The notes under the pieces were generated by a model. That model searched no databases. It was given only the letters and a program-made list of their open reading frames with translations, and was not told the DNA's origin. The position numbers and the translations under genes were made by a program. Below are positions 1 to 11,026 of a stretch of DNA of 64,000 nt, piece by piece; position 1 is the first letter of the stretch, and each line of letters opens with the position of its first letter. The stretch is from Caecitellus pseudoparvulus (lineage: Eukaryota > Protista > Bigyra: Bicosoecida). The DNA lies in the NCBI GenBank assembly GCA_965644315.1, contig CBFFRQ010000053.1:248001-312000 (forward strand), given 5' to 3'.

Positions 1-1
1 C

Positions 2-1423
2 ATGGCCAAGTGGATGACAGACGCGGACCTGCGCAAGCTGGCCAGCAAGGCGGCTGCACGGGGCATGGCGGCGGGCCTCGTCACGCACCAAGAAGGCGAC
101 CCCGCCCTGTGGCTGCCAGAGTGGAAGGCGGCCGGCGGTGCGGCCGCCACCCCCCCCGCCACCCGAGTCAAGGTGGTCAAGGTGAAGGTGTTCCGGGAGG
201 CTGTCGGGGCCCTCAGCACCGGCGGCAAGGTAAAGCTGCAGAACGCCAAGTCCAAGCAGGCCCGCGCCATCAACCGAGGCTCCCTGCCCGTGCAGTCCGT
301 GGCGCTGACGGGCGTCTCCAAGGGCTTTGGTTTCGTGGAGTTCGCCGAGCACATCCACGCCCTGGCTGCGCTGCGTGAACTGAACAACAACCCCGCCTAC
401 GGCACCTACGCAGCGGGCGGCAAGGCCAGCATGAAGGTGCCTGAGGAAAAGCGAGCGCGCCCCATCGTCTCCTTTGCCGTGGAGAACAAGGCCAAGCTCA
501 TGGTGCAAGAGAAGCGCCGTGCGGCGGCGGAAAAGACGCGAGCCAAGATCGCGGCCACGTACGGGGACGACGCACCTGGCAGTGGCAAGTCTGGCAAGGG
601 CGGCGCGTCCCAGCAGGACGCCGCCCCCGCGAAGCCCGCACAGGAGCCATCAGACACCCCTGCACCAGAGCCCTTGACGGCGGAGGAGGAGGCTGCCGCT
701 GCCGCGAAGGCTGAGAAGAAGCGCGCGAAGAAGGAGCGCCAGAAAGCACGCAAGGCAGCCGAGGCAGCGGCGGCGGCCGAGGTGGGAGCTGCTGAGGATG
801 CCACGCCGGCCCCAGTTCCAGCTCAGGCGAGCCAGAAGGCAGCGCAGAGGGAGGCAGAGCCTGTGGAGGCGGTTGTGCCTGCTGCAGCGCCGGGCACGGG
901 GAAGAAGGGCACGAAACGCAGCAGGGCGAGCAGCGAAGACGAAGTGCTGTTCTTCGACGGCAGCGGCGCCCTGGAGCAGGGCACGTCGTACTCCGACGAC
1001 GAGTCTGTCGCGAGCTTCGGCGAGGGTGGCGCGGACGCTGATGAGCTGCAGGCACTGCTGTCGGCGGCCAAGGCTGCCAACCCGTTTGAGGAGGGCGGCG
1101 AGGCAGCAGCGCCTGTGGCAGCCAAGCCCGCGCGCGGCAAGGCTGGGAAGGGCGGCAAGGCGCGCGCCACTGCCACTGCCGAGGCGGCGGCAGCTGCCCT
1201 GCGTGGGCGGCCCGTTGGCGGTGCCAAGCGCGGGCGTGGGCAAGGTGGCCCGGGTGGGATGAGCAAGGGTGCTGCGGCTTCCGAGGCACGGGGCGCCAAG
1301 TTCAGGAAGGTGCGGGAGCGCAGGGAAGGCAAGGCGGGCAAGGGGGGCAAGAGCCGCTTCGCCGCCTCGGACAAGCTGGACGGCATCATCGCGGCGCGGC
1401 AGGCGAAACGCAGCCGACGGTGA
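2..1423 (+). CDS. RBM28: Nucleolar RRM protein Nop4/RBM28, C-terminal part (5' end probably outside window)
   Basis: Has the RNP1 motif SKGFGFVEF followed by HALAALRELNNNP and RPIVSFAVENK, typical of the last RRM of Nop4/RBM28. Ends in a K/R-rich tail. The upstream RRMs are missing, so it is probably truncated by the window edge. Confidence 0.8.
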   Translation: MAKWMTDADLRKLASKAAARGMAAGLVTHQEGDPALWLPEWKAAGGAAATPPATRVKVVKVKVFREAVGALSTGGKVKLQNAKSKQARAINRGSLPVQSVALTGVSKGFGFVEFAEHIHALAALRELNNNPAYGTYAAGGKASMKVPEEKRARPIVSFAVENKAKLMVQEKRRAAAEKTRAKIAATYGDDAPGSGKSGKGGASQQDAAPAKPAQEPSDTPAPEPLTAEEEAAAAAKAEKKRAKKERQKARKAAEAAAAAEVGAAEDATPAPVPAQASQKAAQREAEPVEAVVPAAAPGTGKKGTKRSRASSEDEVLFFDGSGALEQGTSYSDDESVASFGEGGADADELQALLSAAKAANPFEEGGEAAAPVAAKPARGKAGKGGKARATATAEAAAAALRGRPVGGAKRGRGQGGPGGMSKGAAASEARGAKFRKVRERREGKAGKGGKSRFAASDKLDGIIAARQAKRSRR

Positions 1424-1645
1424 CGTGCCGTTCGCTGAGGGAAGGCCCCTGTCGGCGCACTGCAGCCAGTGGCAGTGACTGGCAAATACACACAGCTCGC
1501 TCCCCCCCCCCCCTTTCCTGCTTGTATGCGGACCTGCCGTTCCCTGGCGCCGTCTCTTGAGGGGACCATCCAGCGCAGGCAGCCACCCTTTGGCGTGGAC
1601 CTGTGGCTCGCAAGTGTGGTGACTTGAAGGGTTCACCACCACACC

Positions 1646-2772
1646 ATGGCCTGCATCAGGCATGTCGCTTCTAGGTGGCAGCACACCCTACCAGGAACGT
1701 TGAGAGCCTGCCGTGTGGTGGCTGCTGGGTGCTTGCCTAGCTCGTCCAACTTCCGCAGCCTGTCCGCCACGCCCACCCCCCCCGTGGACGCGGCAGAGCC
1801 GCCTCCGCCGCCACCTCCAGAGGATGTACCAAGCGACAAGGTGTGTCGGAGCTGGGGCCGTCCGTGTCCCCCCCGCGAGCGCTCCCGCCGCTGCATGGTC
1901 AATTCCCCTCTTCACAGGGCAAGCAGGGCGGTGGCTCGTGGTTCGATTCGCCGTCAGCGCCCTGGCTGCTGGGCGCCCTCGCCGTGGCTGGCACCTCTGC
2001 AGCATGGTACTACACCGTGGGGCCAGGTGGGGGCACTGGTGGCGTGCAGCAGAGCCACACCCGCCTGACGCCGGCACAGTCCTGCCCTGTGACGGTGCTG
2101 CCAGTGCCTGGCGTGTCGCCCGCTGACCGCGTCACCCTGTCTGAGGTGGAGGGCCTCATGGCGGCGGTGTCCTTCCCTGCCCGCGGCATCTCCGTGCTGG
2201 ACTTCAAGGCCGCCGTCAAGGGCGTGCTGGGGGCGGACACCCCCCATGGCGAGGTGCTGTCTGCCTGGTACGCCATCTTCGACGCAGACGGGGACGGCGC
2301 CATCTCCGGCAGGGAATTCCTGGCCGTGGCTGCTATGCTGGCTGCGCCAGACGACCCCACAGTGGCTGCTGCATCGGCTGCCGCCGGCTCAGGGGGGGGG
2401 GAGGAGGCGGAGGAGCAGCCACGCGCCGCGCGCCCGCTGGCGCGCGGGTGCAGTGAGGCGGACGTGGCGCGCCTGGTGTTCGACGCGTGGGATGCCAACC
2501 GCAACGGCGTGGTGAGTCGGGGGGAGGTGGCCTCTGCTCTGCGCCGGCTGCCTCTCTCCCGCGGCGACACGGCGGTGATCATGGGTCTGCTCTTTCCGCC
2601 GTCCGCGGACATGCCGGACCGTATTACGCGTCTGGAGATGGCGGAGCGCACCCTTGCCGTGCGCGTGCTGCGCTCCGTGCTGGAGCTGGACACCCTCGCA
2701 GCCCGCATCTTCGCGTCCAGGGCAGCCTTGACGGCCTTCCTGCAGGCGCTGGCAGAGGAGGCCGCCAAGTGA
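1646..2772 (+). CDS. EF-hand Ca2+-binding protein with putative mitochondrial presequence and one TM helix
   Basis: Exon 1 is 1646-1840 (Arg/Ser-rich presequence-like). A GT-AG intron at 1841-1917 joins in frame to ORF 1843-2772, and a possible in-frame intron lies at 2017-2079. Hydrophobic segment WLLGALAVAGTSAAWYY. EF-hand loops DADGDGAISGREF and DANRNGVVSRGEV. Confidence 0.7.
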
Positions 2773-2850
2773 GGCAGGGTGGGTCGGCGCACAAGCTGCA
2801 GCCTGCCAAGTGTGGCGGTGATCACGTGCATTGAGCGTGGCTGGGCGGTG

Positions 2851-5800
2851 CTAGAAGGCGCTGTTGCGCCGGGCACCTGCGAACCAGGACCCCGGCGCGG
2901 CGTACATGCCCCCCCCATCCCCCGCCCCCGTGCTGAAGTTACGGGCACCAGAGCCAGGGGAGCCAGCTCCAGGCCGGTGGGGGGCACTACGCCCCCCATA
3001 CGTCCCTCGGCGGCCGGACCGTGAGCACGCCGAGTGGCTCGCCGTCCGGCGGCCACCCGACGGCGACGGGCGCGAGCTGCGGTTGGCTCGAGCAGTGTGC
3101 TCCACCCAGGACGCCTGCAGCACTTCAAAGACGGTTTTGGCCTCCACCTTGGCCGCCACGTCTGCAGAATTCATCTTATCTGGGTGCACCAGGCGCAGCG
3201 CCTTCAGGTAGCCCTTCTTGACGTCCGCGTCGGAGCGAGAGCGCCCTGCCGCCGTCACCTCCGCTGGTACCTGGCGCCCACACAGCTGCAGCACGGACTG
3301 CAGCGTGGACAGCAGGGAGCGCATGCTGCGCCCCTTGGCCCACGCGTGCACCCTGGCCTCCACCTTGGTCTGCACGGCGGCACGCTTGGCCTCCGCCGCC
3401 GCCGCCGCTGCTTGCTCCTGCGCCAGCTTGGTCAGCCGCTCATGTTGGCGCGCCTTCACCTCCTCCTCCTCGCTGCGAATGCGCTGCTCCATCTTGGCAG
3501 CGGTGCGGCGGGAGGGGCGCTCCCACCGCACCGCCCGCGTCACGCGGTGGTACCAATACACCGTCCCATCCTCCGTGTGTGCCGGCAGCCAGCTGTCCAG
3601 GCCGGCAGAGGCGTCGGGGGAGGAGGACGCACTGGCCCCGCCTGGCGAGGTGGCTGCCGCCGCCGCGGCACTGCTCTGCCGCATGGCTCCCAAGTCAAAG
3701 TCGGCGGCAGCCATGGCAGCAGCCACGCCGGCCGCTGCTGCAGCTGCCGCTTGGGCTGCTGGGCGAGAGGGTGCCGCCCGCCCCGGCCGCCGTGCCGTCG
3801 CCTCCTCTGGCGCTGGGGCTGGCGCTGGCGCCGGCGCTGGGGCTGGAGAGGGTTCGGGTGCTGGGGCCGGGGCCGGGGCCGGGGCCGGGGCGGCGGCAGG
3901 GGGGGGCGCGCCGGCCCACCGGCCCGCCCGAACACGGGAGGCGGTGGGCACCCTGGCTCGACGGGCCGCGGCCCAGACAGCTGCTGCGCCCTGGTCCGCC
4001 GGCATGGCGCCTGGGGTGGCGGGGGCGTCCTGGCCGTCGCTGGGGTCCACGGTGTCGGCTTCATCCATCCACCGCCCCGCAGCCCGCATGCTAGGGGGGG
4101 CCATGTGCGGGCGCACCCCCCCCCCTCGCCTGGCCTCCCACGCAGCCTGGGCCCGCGAGCGCCCAGCAGGGGAGTCGGGTGCCGCGCCGGCGATGGGGCT
4201 GTCGGGGTGGCCCCGCACAGCGCCCTGCTGCACTGCTGCCCGGAGGCGAGTCTGCAGCTCCACCTTCTCGACGCAGTCGGCGTGGGGTATGCCTGCCGCA
4301 GACAGCATGCGGCGCAGTTCTGCGACACTCATGGCGCCGATGTTGGCTGCCAGGGTGCCTGGGGAGTGGGAGGGGGACACCAACTTGGAGGGCGCGGGCG
4401 GGCTGCCCGCGCCAGAGGGTGGCGTGTCCTTGCTCTCCGTGCCGACGCCATCGGCGGTGGTTGTCGTGGGCGGCGGCGTGGTGGCGCCACGCTCCACCCG
4501 CACGGGTGAGGGGTGGGGCGACCGCCGCGGGGGGGTCGCGTGAGACCGCCGTGCCGCCGCCCTGGCCAGGTCGTCTGGGCTGAGAGGGGGCATGCTGCTG
4601 CCACCCTCTGCTCCGCTTGCCGAGCTGGGGGGGGACTCCTCCGAAGTGGCAGGGGGGGTGTCGCCCCCCTCCGCCCACGTACCTGGTGACGAGTGCGTGG
4701 AGGAGGCGGGCGAACTGCGGGGCGTGGTGCGCCTGCCACGTGTGCGGGGGAAGGGGGATGTGCCTGGCGTGGACTGCGCCGTGGACGCCGGCCTGCTGGG
4801 CTGCGTCTTGAGCTGCTCCGTCAGCGCATCCACCTGCAGGCGCAAGGCATCCGCTGCCGCGCGCTCCTCTTTGAGGCTGTTTTCGGACGTGGCCAGCTTG
4901 TCCTCTGCGCGCGCGACCTGGGATCGCGCCTCCGTCAGGGACTCCTGGCACGCAGCGATGGTCTCCCGGCGCCACGCCTCCGTCTTGGCTTCCCACTCCC
5001 CCATCAACGCGTCGTACTCCTGGCGCACTCGTGCCACCTCCGCAGCCACTGCTGCCGAGACGGCGGTGGGGGACGCCGCTGCGGGTGAAGCGGCGGGGCC
5101 GGCCAGGGCCAGCGCCTGGCGCGTGTGGCGCCGTAGGAGGCGCGTGAGGGCCATGACGATGGAGGAGGAGGTGGGGGCGCCGCCGCCGTGGCTGCCTTCT
5201 CGCGCCAACCGCAGGATGGCAGCGTCCGAGTCTCCCCCCTCCCCCTCCCCCTCCTCTTCCTCCTCCTCCTCCTCCTCCACACGCCCGCTACTCTGTACGC
5301 CTGCCAGCACGCTGCCACTGGTGGCGGTCAAGGACGTCACCAGCTCGATGGCTGCCTGTCGCCAGACGTCTGCGCGTGCCGCTGTGCGGGCGGCGGCAGC
5401 AGCTGCTGCAGCAGCCTCCGCTGCCTCCCCCGTCAGGCCCCGCTTAACATCCGCCTCCACGGCTGCGCGTAGGTCTGGCAGCTCGCCCTCCCGGATCTCA
5501 GCCACCACGCGCTCCCGCAGCTCCTCCCGTAGGGACGCACGCACCGACGGCTCCAGCTCCACGCGCAGGGCGTCTTGCAGCTCCTCCGCCACCTCCCCCC
5601 GCAGCGCACCCCGCACGCTGTCACGCAGGGAGCTCCGCAGCTGCTTCACAACACCCGGCTTCAGGTCCCGACTCAGCGTCTCCGTCACCGTCTCCCGCAG
5701 CTCAGACATGAGGTCCCGGCGCACTTGCGTGCGCAGACCCTCCCGCAACTCTGCCTTGACGTCCGGCACCAGAGCCGCCTTCAACTCCCGGCGCAGACTG

Positions 5801-8450
5801 CGCGTGAGGGTTTTGCGAAGGTCGGCTTCGACCTCAGGTCGCAGGCGCTCCGTGAGCTGTGCCCGCATGAGACCCTCAGCCACCTCCCCCGCCACAGGGC
5901 TGTCCGGGGCGCCCCCCCCCTCGCTCCGTGCAGGGGAGGAGGCGGGGGACGGCTCCCGGGAACGCAGCGGGGAGGTGGGTCCACCCTCCCGCTTCGCCGC
6001 GGCCCGACTGCGCTTGGCCAGGCTGCTGGAGGTGTGCCCGGCAGCAGCAGGGGCAGTGGGCACAGTTGTCCCGTTGGCGCCTGGCGCCGTCGTGGACTTG
6101 CGGTAGGGGGACGTGGTGCTCGGTGCAGGGGGCACGGCCATGTCGTGGGCGGTGAGCCCTCCCATTCCCCGGGCAGCTGCGTCGCTTGCCAGGAGGGACC
6201 GCAGACGCGCCACTTCCTGGCGCAGTTTGGACACCTCCGCCTCACCGCCTGCGCCCGGAGCGGAATCGGCATCGCTGCCTCCCTCCATCGGCCCCTCGGG
6301 TCCCACCTGCGCATCTGCCACAGCAGCGGCCGGCTCAGCCGCTGGCACCGTCTGCACGGTTGCCGTCGCGGTGGGGGGGGGCGCGCCTCCGCCACCCCGC
6401 CCCTCACGGCTCTCTGCTTCCGCCAGCTGCCCTGTCAGCTGCACGATGCGCTGTCGCAAGGACCGCACCTGGTTCTGTGCCGCGGCCAGCGCCGCAGCGG
6501 CCTGTGGCGGCGGCGGCGGGCCCGACGGCGTCTGGGGCATGCGCGGTGGGGAGGCACCCCCCCCGCCCTCCTCCTCCCGCCTGCCTGGTGGCTCCGTCTC
6601 TGGCGTGCGCGGCCGGCTCTGCCGCTGCTTGGCAGCGTCCAGCAGGGAGCGAACCTGACCCCGCAGGCGCCCCAGCTCGCCCTGGGCGGCAGCCGCCTTG
6701 GCCGCCAGGCCCTCATTGTCCGCCTCTCGCTGCGCCAGGGCCGATGCCAGGCGGTCCGCCCGGGATGTCGCCTCCTCCACCTGCGCCTTCATGGCCGCCA
6801 GGCTCTCTGCAGTGCTGGCCTGCACGGCGCGCACTTGGCTGCGCGCGTCACGGGCCACGGCGATGCTGCGCGCCTCTGCCACGCGTTCGCTGCTCTCGAA
6901 CTCTGCCAGCCGCGTGCTGAGCGTCTCGATGCGCGCTGCAGCAGCTTTCTCCGTCGCTGCCAGCGTCGCGCGGTACTGCTTGCCCAGGCTCTCCCGCAGG
7001 CGGCGCAGCTCTGCGACGTGCCCAGCCTTGGCCCGGGCAAGCGCCATGGCTACGGCATGGGCCGTCGCGTCGTCTGTCCCGGGCTGCAGGGGGTACGTCA
7101 CGCCGGTGCTGGTGCTGGCGCCCCCCAGGCTGTCGTCTGACTCCACGCCGTCCACGGCCCCCTGCACCCCCCCACCCCCCGCGCCGGGAAAGTAGGTGGA
7201 CACGGAAGGCAGCTCGGAGGTGGAGCGGGGCCGACCGGATGCCTGGCCCTCGCTGCTGTCTGTGTGTCGTGGGCGGTGGTGATGGCGGCGTGATGGCCGA
7301 CTGGCACGGGGTTTGGGGCTGGCTGGCCCCCCCCCCCGCTCCCGCCGAGGGTGCCTGCCTGATTTAGCATCAGGCGATGGGGGGCCTCGCTTGGAGGGGG
7401 AGGGGGGCGCCTTGTGCAGGGCGGGCGTGCTGGCGGCAGTGGTGGAGGCACGCGTGGGGGAGGGGGGCAGCTCTAGCTGGGAGGGGGGGGGGGGCGGCGC
7501 ACCGGGTGGGTTGCCGCCCAGCCCCCCTCCCTCCCCTGCCAACACGTCGTGCAGGGCTGGCAGGGAGGAGGTGGCTGCGGGGGGCTTGGCCACTGGGCGG
7601 GGTGGCTGGGGTGGCGGCGCCTGTGGAGGCTGGGAGGGCGTGCTGGGCCCCCCTGCCCGGCCAACGCCAGGCACCAGGCGCGGTCGGAATGCCGCTTCGT
7701 TGCCGCCGTCCGACGCCGGCTCAGTGCCAGCCGAGGAGAGAACAGTGTCTGCGTCACGATCCTGTGAACGGGGATGGGACCGGGTGGCGCACTGTGGCTC
7801 CCTGGGCGGGTGTGGAGTGCGGCCTTGCCTTGCTGTTGTCGCCTTGCGACGATGCCGCTGAAGCTTCCCTGCCGCCAACTGACACGGCACTGGAAGAGTC
7901 CCCAGAGCAATCCTGCGAGGAACAAAGAGCATGCAGGGTGTGAGTGGCCAAGCCCCGTGCACCGCACGCATGCATGGGGGCCCGGCCAGGCACAGGGCGC
8001 TGCCGTTGCAGAGTTGGCAGAGAGAGGGACAGGCTGCCCACAGCACGGGAAGCCCTGGGCGGCCCTGCATTTGCGCGCAGGAGAGACACAACCCCCCCTC
8101 AAGCACGCTAAAAACACGCGACTGCCAGCTCAACCTATCAAATCGTTCACACATCACTCGGGCAGGAGCCCAGGCCGAGCGTTTCGCACTGTAGGCGAAA
8201 CGCCAGCGCCAAAACTCACTGCCATGACTGGGAGGGGCGACGCAGCTATGAGGGAGCGGATGATGTGCTTGGGGCTGCTGGAATCCAGCCCTTCCCCAGA
8301 CCGTGTGGCCAGGGAGTCCACAGACACTGGCGTGCGCAGCGTGCCCGGTGTTGCACCTGCTGCTGAGCTTCGCTGGTGTGGCGTGGAGGACGTGGTGCCG
8401 GGCTCGGCGCGGGCTGCCGAGGGCTCACTGGGCACGTGCGACTGCTCCAT
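2851..8450 (-). CDS. Large coiled-coil protein with SAP-like motif, WW domain and C-terminal auxilin-type J domain; 5' exons uncertain
   Basis: Main exon ~2851-7762. WW domain WLPAHTEDGTVYWYHRVTRAVRWERP. J domain VKKGYLKALRLVHPDK, preceded by an auxilin-like VHAWAKG..MRSLLSTL segment. SAP-like MSVAELRRML...CVEKVEL. Candidate first exon MEQSHVP (8450-8220) ends at a GTGAGT donor. Confidence 0.65.
3800..3892. repeat. Coding low-complexity (GGGGCC/GGCGCT)n tract encoding a Pro-Ala repeat
   Basis: Tandem 6-nt units such as ggggccggggccggggcc encode PAPAPAPAPEPSPAPAPA in the minus-strand gene. Confidence 0.7.
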
Positions 8451-8550
8451 GGCGCACCCTGGTGAACAAACTGCCAGGGCGGGGGGGGGCAGCTGGGTGG
8501 CTGCTGCGTTTTGGTGCGGTCTGGCGGCTGTGCGTGTGTCGCTGCATTGC

Positions 8551-10854
8551 TCAGGCGTCCTCCTCGCTGCCACTGCCGTCCAGGTCGAAGGTGGTGACGG
8601 TGTCGGCCATGTCCGGCACAGCCACAGGCGTGCCCACCTCCTCGCCTGCCGCCTCCCCCTCGCGCACCTCAGCCGCAAAGCCCACCTTGCGGCGCTTGTG
8701 GCTGCCAGGCACCCCCCGCCCCTCCAGCGCCGCCTGCAAGTCCGCAGACGCTTGGCTGGCGCCTGCCGTGGCGAGGGCCGCCACGCCCAGGGCATCCAGG
8801 CCCTCCTCCCCGGCGCCGGCGCCCTCCCCTGCCGGGCGCTCCACCACCCACAGTGCCGACAGCACAGCATCGGCAGCAGCGGGCCCCGCCTCCCGTACGG
8901 CGCTGGTGGCGGCCTTGGTGAGGGAGCGAGTCTGGAAGGCGGCGATGTCCGCCATGGCTGAGGGCTTGAGCCCGGCTGCGGCGGCGCGCAGGGCCAGGAC
9001 GGTCTTGGAGCGGGCGTTGATGTGCTTGAGCGTATTACGCCCCGCCGCCTTCCACGCCGAAGTGCGCGCCGCCTTGACCCACTTCTTCAGGCGCACAACG
9101 AGGGGCGTCGTCACCTCCGGGTACGCCACGCTGTCCCCCTGCCCCAGCAGCCACCGACTGAGCAGGGCAAAGGTCGTCGTCACGGTGTGGTCCAGGACAG
9201 CCTTGTGCGACAGGGCGCCGTCGGCCAGGCGCAGGGTGGTGGAGAAGGCGGGCGGCTTGCCGCCTCCACTGGCCTTGGGCGCCTTGCCCGAGCCTGACAC
9301 GAAGTGTGGCGCCTGCACCACATCCAGCAGGTGCGTGCCCAGGGGCAGGAACACGCCGCAGCGCAGGGACAGCTCCGTGAGGCAGGCCAGCACGTGCAGG
9401 CGCAGGTAGTAGTACCTGTGGATGGTGCGCGTGAGCTGCAGCACCCCCAGGCACAGCTGTGCCAGGGGGTACACCAGCTGCCACAGGGGGGAGCTGTCGC
9501 TGCTGCCGTGGGCCACCATGACCGCCGTCCACGCTCGCAGTGCGGCGAGGAAGGGCCACGACAGCACCGTCGTGACGGCTGCAGGGGACTTGGCTGTCAA
9601 GGCTGCCCGCAGGTGCAGTGCCAGCTGGCGCATGTACACGAACCCGTGCTGGTATGCCGCCGCCATGTCCAGGGAGGCCACCTCCACCACCGCCGCCGCC
9701 ATGAGGCGGGCCATGGGCAGGCGGCCCTCTGCGCCGGCGAACTTCTTGGACAGACGGACGTAGGCAAGGTACACGCCCTTGATGACGGTGTCTAGGGTGG
9801 GGTACGGCAACTCCACGGCGCACTGGCGCAGGCGGAGGAAGGTGAGTGCCCGCACCGTCACGCCGCCGTCTGTGGCGGGCGCCGACGCCAGGGCGCTCTG
9901 CAGGTCAGCTGAGGCATCTTGGCCCGCCCTGCCGCGCTTGGTGCCCCGACCGCCGCCCTTGGAGGCGGCAGCGGAAGCAAGCGGCACGCCGGCCACGGCG
10001 AGGTGGGAGGCCTCCCCCTCCATGTGCACAGCAGGGGGGTACTCCCGGGAGTACAGGCGCAGGAGGGCCTTGGTGACGCGGGCGGCCAGCTTGGGGAAGG
10101 CGCCAAAGAAGGGCAGGTACAGCTTGAGGCTGCGGAGGACGAGGAGGAGGAGGGAGGCGTCCAGGGTCTGCCCCAGGAGGTGCGCCAAGTTGGCGAGGAA
10201 GGACTGCAGGAGGGGGGACACCTTGCGGAACCGCTTGCTGCGCGTGAGCTGGCTGGCGTTGAAGGGCCCGACGGAGGCCACGGCGCCCTGCAGGTGGTGT
10301 GCGAAGGCCCCTCGGGCGTTGGTGAGCACCACCGCCAGCACCTTGGAGAAGATGAGGTCGGAGGTGATGCGGAAGCGCAGGGTGGCGGGCGGCGCCTCGT
10401 CCTGCTGGTGCACCGCCGCGCGGAAGGCGTGCAGCATGTACTGCAGCCCGCGCAGGTGCCGCTGGGCGAAGGCGCTGTCCGTCAGCTCTGCCAGCTTGGC
10501 AGCGTCCAGGAGTGTGCCCGAGGCGCCCTCGCTGGCGTCGTCACCGCCTTCTTCCTCCTCGTCGTCGCTGCCCTCGCCTGGTTTGGGGATGGTGGCACCC
10601 AGCACGCGCTCTGGTTCGTCGTCAGAGGACGAGTCGTCGTCTTCGAATGCCGCCTCCTCGTCGTGTGCGCCAGCGCCGGTGCCAGTCGTGTGTTCCTCTC
10701 CTCCTGCGCTGCCGCTGTCGCTGTCGCTGTCCGCATCTCCAGCAAAGTCAAGCAGGGCTGGGTCATTTTGCTGCAGGAAGGCGAGGAATTCCGGGTCTGA
10801 CTTCTTCAGCGCCTCCAGCTGCTTGGCATGGCTGCGGGATTTAGAGCCCGGCAT
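8551..10854 (-). CDS. NOC2: Nucleolar complex protein 2 (Noc2/NOC2L)
   Basis: N-terminal HAKQLEALKKSDPEFLAFLQQNDPALLDF, then an acidic tract, then AYQHGFVYMRQLALHLR, LVYPLAQL and SVAYPE, which are Noc2 family motifs. Start set at MPGSKS (10854). Confidence 0.9.
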   Translation of the reverse strand: MPGSKSRSHAKQLEALKKSDPEFLAFLQQNDPALLDFAGDADSDSDSGSAGGEEHTTGTGAGAHDEEAAFEDDDSSSDDEPERVLGATIPKPGEGSDDEEEEGGDDASEGASGTLLDAAKLAELTDSAFAQRHLRGLQYMLHAFRAAVHQQDEAPPATLRFRITSDLIFSKVLAVVLTNARGAFAHHLQGAVASVGPFNASQLTRSKRFRKVSPLLQSFLANLAHLLGQTLDASLLLLVLRSLKLYLPFFGAFPKLAARVTKALLRLYSREYPPAVHMEGEASHLAVAGVPLASAAASKGGGRGTKRGRAGQDASADLQSALASAPATDGGVTVRALTFLRLRQCAVELPYPTLDTVIKGVYLAYVRLSKKFAGAEGRLPMARLMAAAVVEVASLDMAAAYQHGFVYMRQLALHLRAALTAKSPAAVTTVLSWPFLAALRAWTAVMVAHGSSDSSPLWQLVYPLAQLCLGVLQLTRTIHRYYYLRLHVLACLTELSLRCGVFLPLGTHLLDVVQAPHFVSGSGKAPKASGGGKPPAFSTTLRLADGALSHKAVLDHTVTTTFALLSRWLLGQGDSVAYPEVTTPLVVRLKKWVKAARTSAWKAAGRNTLKHINARSKTVLALRAAAAGLKPSAMADIAAFQTRSLTKAATSAVREAGPAAADAVLSALWVVERPAGEGAGAGEEGLDALGVAALATAGASQASADLQAALEGRGVPGSHKRRKVGFAAEVREGEAAGEEVGTPVAVPDMADTVTTFDLDGSGSEEDA

Positions 10855-11026
10855 GCTGCGCGGAAATTGGTCAGAACCCGGGCACGGGAAGTGAGCCCAG
10901 GCTGAAGAGGCGAGCACCTTCTGCTGCACAACTGCGCTGGAGTGGGTAAATTTCACATGAGAAGGGGCAATCTTCATCAGTGCCTCGCAAACAAGGTGAA
11001 TTTGTCCAGGACACAGCAGTGCGCGG

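Noticed and set aside
10855-10977. N-terminal extensions in the ORF track (NOC2, RPS3, hydrolase, RPB3-like, cyclophilin, Trx-p97N, ARH)
   Set aside because: They mostly rely on non-ATG starts or on upstream ATGs that run through UTR or promoter sequence. Downstream ATGs match the family N-termini.
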